64,000 bases of DNA from an uncultured bacterium (GTDB taxonomy: Bacteria; Verrucomicrobiota; Lentisphaeria; Victivallales; UBA1829): contig CACZEK010000001.1 of the NCBI GenBank assembly GCA_902780135.1, positions 64,663-128,662 on the forward strand. Reading direction: 5' to 3'. Below the pieces are notes generated by a model. That model had not been told where the DNA came from, searched no databases, and was given only the letters and a program-made list of their open reading frames with translations. Position 1 is the first letter of the stretch, and each line of letters starts with the position of its first letter. A program made the translations under genes and the position numbers. Below, one piece after another: positions 57,387 through 64,000 of this stretch.

Positions 57387-58721
57387 ATGCAGATTTCCAG
57401 ATTCCTCTTTCATGACCTGATGCAATGGAAACGCTCCAAAGACAGAAAACCGCTTATCCTGAACGGGGTCAGACAGTGTGGCAAGACCTGGCTTCTTAAA
57501 GAGTTCGGCGACAAGGAGTTCAAGTCACATTTGTATTTCAACTTTGAAAAAGACGCCAGACTTGCGTCTTTCTTCGGAGACAACCTCGACCCCAAAAACA
57601 TCATTCAGCGTCTTGAAGCTTTTACCGCCACAAAGATTGTTCCGGACAAGACGCTCCTGATATTCGATGAGATTCAGACGTGTCCGCGGGCTTTGACGTC
57701 ATTGAAATACTTCTGTGAAGATGCACCGGAATACATGATTGCCGCTGCCGGTTCTTTGCTTGGGCTTTCCCTGACGAAAAAGACAAGCTTTCCAGTTGGC
57801 AAGGTTAAGATTCTCGACTTGAGACCATGTTCGTTCAAAGAGTTCCTGAATGCCGTGGAACCTATGCTCAACGAATTCATAGAGAACGTTCCCCTTGAAC
57901 CGATTCCCGAAGCTTTTTCCGATAAGCTCGCCAACTATCTCCGGGAGTATCTTGCGTTTGGAGGAATGCCGGAACCCCTTTCGACATGGATCGAAACTCA
58001 TGATGTGGAAAAGACCGATGATAAACTCGACATCGTTTTGAGAACATATGAATCCGACTTTTCCAAACACATTCCGATCAGTGACACGCCGAAGTTGTTC
58101 GGCATTTGGAACTCCATTCCCGCCCAATTCGCCCGCGAAAACAAACGCTTCTTCTACAGCGAAGTGCGCGAAGGAGCAAGAGCCAGAGAGTTTGAAGACG
58201 CACTGCAATGGCTTCTTAATGCGTCAATGGTTCACAAAGTTCAGATGGTCAATCATCCGGAATTGCCGCTTCTTGCATATGTCGACCGGAAGATCTTCAA
58301 ATTGTATCTTGCGGACGTCGGTGTGCTTCGCAGACTTGCCGCTCTCCCGTCAGGACCGATTCTGAACAGTCAGGATGTTTTCAGCGAGTTCAATGGGCGT
58401 CTTGTGGAGAACTATGTCGTGGAACAGCTTCAATCCATGCGGATTTCCCCGATATGCTATTGGACCAGCGAAACCGGAAGAGCAGAGGTCGATTTCCTGA
58501 TTCAGGACTCCGAGCGGATTGTTCCCATTGAAGTGAAATCCGGAACCAATGTCAAAGCCAAGTCGCTTCATGTTTATCGCGAGAAATACAAACCGGAGGT
58601 GTCGGTTCGGACATCCATGCAGAATCTCAGACTTGATGCCGGTCTGCTGAATGTTCCGCTCTACCTTATGGGGGAATTCCCCAGGCTCATGGAACTTGCT
58701 AAGGAACGAGTGCGGGCCTGA
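57387..58721 (+). CDS. AAA_14 ATPase + DUF4143 protein
   Basis: GVRQCGKT, IFDEIQ, AAGS, FGGMPE, YLADVG, AEVDF...IEVKSG. Confidence 0.9.
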   Translation: MQISRFLFHDLMQWKRSKDRKPLILNGVRQCGKTWLLKEFGDKEFKSHLYFNFEKDARLASFFGDNLDPKNIIQRLEAFTATKIVPDKTLLIFDEIQTCPRALTSLKYFCEDAPEYMIAAAGSLLGLSLTKKTSFPVGKVKILDLRPCSFKEFLNAVEPMLNEFIENVPLEPIPEAFSDKLANYLREYLAFGGMPEPLSTWIETHDVEKTDDKLDIVLRTYESDFSKHIPISDTPKLFGIWNSIPAQFARENKRFFYSEVREGARAREFEDALQWLLNASMVHKVQMVNHPELPLLAYVDRKIFKLYLADVGVLRRLAALPSGPILNSQDVFSEFNGRLVENYVVEQLQSMRISPICYWTSETGRAEVDFLIQDSERIVPIEVKSGTNVKAKSLHVYREKYKPEVSVRTSMQNLRLDAGLLNVPLYLMGEFPRLMELAKERVRA

Positions 58722-58993
58722 TTTGCCCGCGCGACAAACGCGATTTGTGTCGCGTCCTGCCTATGCGCTTCAACCCGGCAAATGCCCGAAACCCCGTCAA
58801 ATCGTGATCTATAACAATAATCGACAACTCAAAAAAAGTAGCAACTGGAAATCTGCCTTTTTTATGACTTTTCGCCATTCCCCTCTTGCATTTTTCCACA
58901 AAATGCGGTATAATATAGCCTAAACGAAATTCGAAGTTTTTTGTGATAAGTCATCATTTGAAAAAGAAACGCACGGGGCGGAAAGCAAGAGGG

Positions 58994-59064
58994 TGCGTTT
59001 AGTCTGACAAAGGGGGTACATGCGTTTAGTCTGACAAACAGAGAAGGTGCATTTAGTTTGACAC
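58994..59064. repeat. Three direct repeats at an exact 27-bp period
   Basis: TGCGTTTAGTCTGACAAA at 58994 and 59021; TGCATTTAGTTTGACAC at 59048. Confidence 0.85.
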
Positions 59065-59356
59065 TTATCCAACAACAGCCGAACACTCTCTCGAAAACGA
59101 ATTGACAGAGGTTCCCTTGACAGGCAAACGGGAAACAATTCCCCGTGAAGCCTCCCTTTTCTTCACGGAATGATTTTTCTTTCTGAAGGGTAACTCTAAA
59201 AATATGATCGGATGGATTTTCAGCGGATGGGCAAAAAGGCCAATGCTGGAAGATTTGAGCGTGGCGGCCTGAAGGCAACCACCGAAAAACTTACCAATTG
59301 GAATTTGCCCGGACGCGAAAAGCCGCGGAAAACCAATTTTTAGGGGTGCCCTGAAT

Positions 59357-60514
59357 TTACTTCAGACCTTTCCCTGAGGTCAGGATTTCAAGCATGGGCT
59401 TGTCGGACACTTGTTTTGACCAGGAATTCCAGAATCCAAACCCTGAATCGTAATTCCATGTAGTCCAGCCGATGTCAAACTCATCGAACACGGATATCAT
59501 ATCGCGGTACCAATTATAAGCGGGCTCACGCGGAGACGAGGAAATCACACCCCACTCGCCGCAGAAGAGGGGCAGACCGAGTTTCTTTGCCACCGTTACC
59601 GCCTGAAGAATCTGTTCTCTCAGCACACTGCGATCCCAGTTCGTTGTAAAAGACCGGAATGTTTCTTTTTGCGCTTCGGGCAGTTTGTCGAAATCAGCCT
59701 GTGCAATCACAATGCCGGGATAGTGAATTGGACCGTAATACCTGCCCACGGGGTCCCAGCTTGCACGGTAATGCGTTACTGCCATCGGCTTATAATAATG
59801 GAAGCTGAGCAGAATATTTTTGTCTCCCTCCGGAATCTTCAGGTCTTTGAATGTATCCACACTCTGCCACATATTGGACCCGATCACCAGTACGCGTTCG
59901 GGTTCCAGCTGACGCAACGTCTTATGTACTTTCGCGATGAGATCGTTCCATTGTTCCGGATCGTCCGCGACCGGTTCATTCAGAAATTCGTATGCCACCC
60001 AGTCTGTCGAGAATCCTTTCAGCGCCGCGGAAAGCTCTCTCCACAGATTCAGGAATTGTTCCTGTGATTTTTCTTCTGTGAAAAGTGTATTCGTTTTGTT
60101 GCCTTCGATGGATGCATTGAAATAAAAACTGCGGATGATATGCAAATCCACGATCACGCGCAGTTCATGCTTGAGTGCGAGCTTGATGGACGCATCCAGC
60201 AGTTCCCAGGCATCCGTCAGTTTGTTCCCGTTGCTGTCCCAGAATTGTTCTTCATCAATCGGGATTCTGACATGGTCGAATCCAAATTCTTTCAAGCGGA
60301 TGAAATCATCTTCCTTTACTCTGGCTGCGCGTGCGGTCCCTCGCACTCCGGTTTGTGAAAACCAGTGGCTGAGGTTTGTTCCTCGCTTGACTTTGAAGTC
60401 GGAAACTCGCACTCCGTTTCCTCTGTCTACGGAACTGCATCCTGCCGGAATGAACAGCGCGAATACAGCGAGTCCCATCAAAAAACATTTCCAATGCTTC
60501 ATTGCGTTTTTCAT
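59357..60514 (-). CDS. Glycoside hydrolase family 5 lipoprotein
   Basis: PAG-C lipobox, DHVRIPI, DLH, FLNEP (acid/base), FHYY, CGEWG (nucleophile). Confidence 0.92.
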   Translation of the reverse strand: MKNAMKHWKCFLMGLAVFALFIPAGCSSVDRGNGVRVSDFKVKRGTNLSHWFSQTGVRGTARAARVKEDDFIRLKEFGFDHVRIPIDEEQFWDSNGNKLTDAWELLDASIKLALKHELRVIVDLHIIRSFYFNASIEGNKTNTLFTEEKSQEQFLNLWRELSAALKGFSTDWVAYEFLNEPVADDPEQWNDLIAKVHKTLRQLEPERVLVIGSNMWQSVDTFKDLKIPEGDKNILLSFHYYKPMAVTHYRASWDPVGRYYGPIHYPGIVIAQADFDKLPEAQKETFRSFTTNWDRSVLREQILQAVTVAKKLGLPLFCGEWGVISSSPREPAYNWYRDMISVFDEFDIGWTTWNYDSGFGFWNSWSKQVSDKPMLEILTSGKGLK

Positions 60515-60739
60515 GTCAGAGCTTTCCTTGAATGGAGAATACGGAGGGAGTTTTGCGGATTTGCCTGAATGATATTAACAAATCCTTTTGTTTTGCAGAG
60601 GCAATATACACCATTCCGAATCGCTTTTCAAATGAATTTTATGATATTTGCCGAAAATAATTCAGGGCATCTTATTGGATGGCGTTTTTATGAAAATCGT
60701 TTCTCCTGTCAAGGCTTGACTTCCCACACGGACCTGACA

Positions 60740-61978
60740 TCAAATGTACCAGACGGGAATTTGAAGCACGTTTTCCTGAAGCCGTCCAGGCTGCGGGCAG
60801 TTGCAGACAATTGCGCCGGAACCTCGCTTCGAGGATTTGACTTTGTCCAGGATCTGGAATGCCGCCGTTTCCGACGCTTTCACATTTGTGCCCTGCTTGA
60901 TCTCGATCGGGTACAGGATACCGTTCTCCTCGATGATCAGGTCTATCTCGGATTCCTTGTCTTCCGAGCTGCCGTGCCCCCGGTAGAACGATACGAAGTG
61001 CCTGTAGTCCAGTCCGGCGTTCGCGAATGATTTCAGGATTTCGGAGACGGCGAATGTCTCGAAGATGTGTCCGCTCATCGCGCCATAGGCAAGCGTTTCC
61101 GGGGTCAGCCAGCGGGTAAGGTAGCAAACCAGCCCCGTGTCGCGGAAATAAAGCTTCGGGGTCTTGATCGTCCGTTTGAGGGCGCTGTTGGCGAATGGTT
61201 CCAGAAGATAAACAAGGCCGGATGCTTCGAGGATGGAGATCCAGCGTTTGACCGTGACGGAATCCCGTCCGATCTCATCGGCGATGTTGGAGTAGTTCAA
61301 AAGCTGTCCGGTCCTTGCGGCGGCAGCGACCAGGAACCGCCTGAAACAGTCCAGATCCTGAACAGCGGAAAGATCGCGGACATCCCGTTCCAGGTAGGTC
61401 TTGACGTAATCGGCGTAGTACGCGGACCATTCGAGAGATTTGTCCTGAACAGCCGGGTAGCCGCCGCGATGAATGATCTCCCAGATGTTCTGCGGAGCGG
61501 AAGCCGTTTTGATTCGGGCGGTGATATAATCCATCGTCGGCAGGAAACGTTCGTTGAACGCATCATGCTGGATCTCACGCAGGGAGAGCCCGTTCAATTC
61601 CACGATGTGAACCCGCCCGGAGAGCGTTTCCGAGATCTTCTTCATCAGGTGGAACGGCTGGGAGCCGGAAAGAAAGAACAATCCCTTTGCGTCTGCCTCG
61701 TCGCAGCGGATTTTGATATAACGGAAGAGTTCGGGCGCATGTTGGACCTCGTCCACGATGACCGGAGGCGGATTGAGCGTCAGAAACATGTTCCCGTCGT
61801 TTTTTGCCTGCTCCTCCAGAAACGGGTCGTCAAGCGAGATGCACTTATAGTCTTTCTGGAACAGGTGTTTCAGGAGCGTCGACTTTCCGACCTGTCTGGC
61901 TCCGGTGAGCAAAACGGCTTTGTATGTTTTGGATGCCTGTCGGAGATTCGACTCCAGAGCCCGTTTGATGTATTTCAT
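60740..61978 (-). CDS. AAA_14 ATPase + DUF4143 protein
   Basis: GARQVGKS, IVDEVQ, LSGSQ, GGYP, KLYFRDTG, EIDL...IEIK. Confidence 0.9.
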   Translation of the reverse strand: MKYIKRALESNLRQASKTYKAVLLTGARQVGKSTLLKHLFQKDYKCISLDDPFLEEQAKNDGNMFLTLNPPPVIVDEVQHAPELFRYIKIRCDEADAKGLFFLSGSQPFHLMKKISETLSGRVHIVELNGLSLREIQHDAFNERFLPTMDYITARIKTASAPQNIWEIIHRGGYPAVQDKSLEWSAYYADYVKTYLERDVRDLSAVQDLDCFRRFLVAAAARTGQLLNYSNIADEIGRDSVTVKRWISILEASGLVYLLEPFANSALKRTIKTPKLYFRDTGLVCYLTRWLTPETLAYGAMSGHIFETFAVSEILKSFANAGLDYRHFVSFYRGHGSSEDKESEIDLIIEENGILYPIEIKQGTNVKASETAAFQILDKVKSSKRGSGAIVCNCPQPGRLQENVLQIPVWYI

Positions 61979-62318
61979 GATCTTCTCCTCGGAATGCGAA
62001 ATCTTGAATCTGATTCAGAATTTCTCACAATATACCATCAAATCCTCTGTTTTTCAAGCTTTTTCCCTGTTTTTTTCGAAAAATCGCAGCGACGCTTCGC
62101 CCCGCAGGCACAAATCCGGCTGACGTTTGTCCGCGTGTTCGTTACTTTATAACAAGTCCTCGATGTTTTGAGGTCACGGTTGTAACACGATCATGGTCGT
62201 GCTTATGCTTTTCAGCGCATAATCCACCTGACCTCACGCGAGGCAAAGTGAGCTCGCGGAGAAACGGAGAAAGCTGCTGATGCCGCACCCTCCAGAATCA
62301 ATGTAGAGCGTCGGAATC

Positions 62319-63140
62319 TCACGAATGGATTCCGCGCGACTTGCAAATCGCCTCGTATGCGTTGTTGATTTTCTGCATCCGCATTTTTGCTTGTTCGATG
62401 AAGGAGGCGGACAGACCTTTTCCAATGACCTTATCCGGATGAAATTCCTTCGCTTTGGCCCGCCAGCAGCGTTTGAGCTCCTCGTTTGACGCATCTTTCG
62501 TGCAGCCGAGCGTTGCATAGCACTGGTCCAGCGTCATGCCGTCCGCCATGACGTCATCAGCGAAGCGGCTCCGTCCGCCGGCATTGTCCGAATCACGTCC
62601 GGACGAGGACGCGTATTCGGCGTTTCCGGAAAATTCGGACGAACTGCCCGCAAAGAAATGCTGCAGGAAACCAGGCAGATTCAGCTCCGATTCCGCGATT
62701 GTCAGCAGAATGCGTTCATCCTGCGTGAGTGAATGATCCACGATGGCGAGCGAGCAGAGGACTTCCAGCAGGGAACGGCGGGCATTCATGTCTTTGATTC
62801 GTGCCGCGATCTTACGGATTGCCATGGTGAAGTCGTGCACGGTCTGTGTTTTTCCGGCGTTGAATGCCTGTTTCATGCCGGACTTGCCGTCTTTCGGGAT
62901 GTCCAGCTCTTTAATCAGAGTGGACACAAGTTCAGCTTCGTCCTGCGTCACGCGACCATCGCATTTTGCGAGCTGCCCCAAACAGCGAAAGATATCGCAA
63001 TACGTCTCCGGCGGTTGTTTATCCTGATCCGTGTCGGAATTGCCGATTGATGCGCCGATCCATGCGCCGATTGCGGCACCCCACCAGCCGCCGAACATTC
63101 CTCCGAGAATGCCGCCGATGATACCTCCGCCTATGCCCAT
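62319..63140 (-). CDS. djlA: DjlA-like co-chaperone (TM anchor, TerB-like domain, J domain)
   Basis: Gly-rich TM start, LAKCDGRVTQDE, C-terminal FHPD J-domain motif. Confidence 0.8.
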   Translation of the reverse strand: MGIGGGIIGGILGGMFGGWWGAAIGAWIGASIGNSDTDQDKQPPETYCDIFRCLGQLAKCDGRVTQDEAELVSTLIKELDIPKDGKSGMKQAFNAGKTQTVHDFTMAIRKIAARIKDMNARRSLLEVLCSLAIVDHSLTQDERILLTIAESELNLPGFLQHFFAGSSSEFSGNAEYASSSGRDSDNAGGRSRFADDVMADGMTLDQCYATLGCTKDASNEELKRCWRAKAKEFHPDKVIGKGLSASFIEQAKMRMQKINNAYEAICKSRGIHS

Positions 63141-63278
63141 GATCTTCTACCTCCAATTCCGTTCAAAAAAAAGTGAAACAATCTTAATATAATCTCCTGA
63201 CATTGCAAAAAAGTTCGCTCACCTGTTGATAGATACCAGGCTCATTCGCGCCAAGATGACTTTTTTCATTGCTCCAGC

Positions 63279-63431
63279 TCATTTCTTCGTCCCGACCGTC
63301 TTCCCGGCGGCATCGCGATGCGTGGTCCCGTTCCCGGAGCTTGTCGCCGTGCCAGCGGTCTTGCCGGTGGCATCCCGGTACGTCGTCCGGTTGCCGTCTT
63401 TGGTCGCGGTTCCCGGTCCTTTATGCGGTTC
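63279..63431 (-). pseudogene. Fragment of a tandem-repeat protein (T-x-RDA-x-GKT-x-GT repeats)
   Basis: GTATKDGNRTTYRDATGKTAGTATSSGNGTTHRDAAGKTVGTKK; in-frame stop upstream and no start codon. Confidence 0.5.
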
Positions 63432-63434
63432 TTT

Positions 63435-64000
63435 TTATTGGAAAACGAGCTGGAAGAACTGATACAGATGGGGCTTCACGCTCGTTTCGTTGTGGTCGGC
63501 GTTGGGCAGATAGCTCCAGAGGTGTTTCACGCCGTTCGAGACCATGGTATTGTGGTATCCCACGGGCGTGTCGCGGACCGTGCGGTCGGACTGGCCGGCC
63601 GTGAGGAGGAAGAACCGCGGAGCGAAGCCATCCTTGAACTTCATTTCGGCATCCTTCATCTGGCCGGGATGCGCAGCCGAATTTGCGAGCGGGGTGAGCC
63701 CGGGCGCGGGGCAGACGGCTCCGAGATACCCGAATTCCTCCGGACGCCGGAACCCGATGAACAGGGATTCGCGGCCGCCCATGGAGAATCCGGTGATGGC
63801 TGTGTTCATTCTGCCTTTCTTCACCGAGAAGGTCTTTTCGATGTAGGGCTTCAGGTCGGTGAACAGGTCGTTGATGAAATTGTCGTATGCCAGGCTGTTT
63901 TCCAGGTTCATTCCGGTGCAGCGGGGAAGCTCTTTGCTGGTGAAGATGTAGGGGCAGACCACGATCATTTCCTTCGCCTTGTTTTCGGCATAGAACTTGG
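63435..64000 (-). CDS. Alpha/beta hydrolase esterase (CE1/feruloyl-esterase-like), 5' end outside window
   Basis: DLKPYIE, AITGFSMGG nucleophile elbow, ADH near the C-terminus. Confidence 0.85.
   Translation of the reverse strand, partial: KFYAENKAKEMIVVCPYIFTSKELPRCTGMNLENSLAYDNFINDLFTDLKPYIEKTFSVKKGRMNTAITGFSMGGRESLFIGFRRPEEFGYLGAVCPAPGLTPLANSAAHPGQMKDAEMKFKDGFAPRFFLLTAGQSDRTVRDTPVGYHNTMVSNGVKHLWSYLPNADHNETSVKPHLYQFFQLVFQ

Noticed and set aside
58994-59064. CRISPR array
   Set aside because: Only three 18-bp units with 9-nt spacers and no cas genes; kept as a repeat instead.
62169-62236. Purine riboswitch
   Set aside because: Similar size and an ATGG loop, but the conserved J2/3 strand is missing and no purine gene lies downstream.

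Overview
High-GC bacterial chromosome segment. A PVC-superphylum (Lentisphaerae/Victivallales-like) origin is inferred from the prepilin-type H-X9-DG gene and overall gene style; it is not proven. 1-25.9 kb is mostly housekeeping (nfo, PPi-PFK, gatCA, tadA, purL, dapB, icd, gatB, DD-carboxypeptidase, UDP-GlcA decarboxylase, murF, murE, GT-C) and ends with a strongly signalled 58-aa basic protein. 25.9-35.7 kb is an accessory-looking block of paralogous hybrid histidine kinases, a GT-C-like membrane protein and small lipoproteins, ending at tRNA-Arg(ACG). 36.3-53.9 kb is a lower-GC integrative element inserted in the initiator tRNA-Met and bounded by a perfect 56-bp direct repeat (predicted circle 17,544 bp). 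It carries a tyrosine integrase, a res-mod Type III R-M pair followed by a degenerate-TOPRIM/AAA_25 protein, a divergent pair of YagK/YfjJ (inovirus-Gp2-like) HUH proteins, and an operon encoding a full-length beta-clamp homologue with a 152-aa tail, two paralogous small proteins, a Cas4/AddB-like Fe-S nuclease and DUF932. No conjugation, capsid, polymerase or clamp-loader genes are visible. The clamp operon is the best candidate for an undescribed system. 54.9-62.3 kb, after tRNA-Ala(GGC), is a second accessory patch: an IS3 element, a decayed tRNA-like copy, structured non-coding elements, 27-bp-periodic repeats, two AAA_14-DUF4143 genes and a GH5. All family assignments come from motifs read by eye; no database searches were run.
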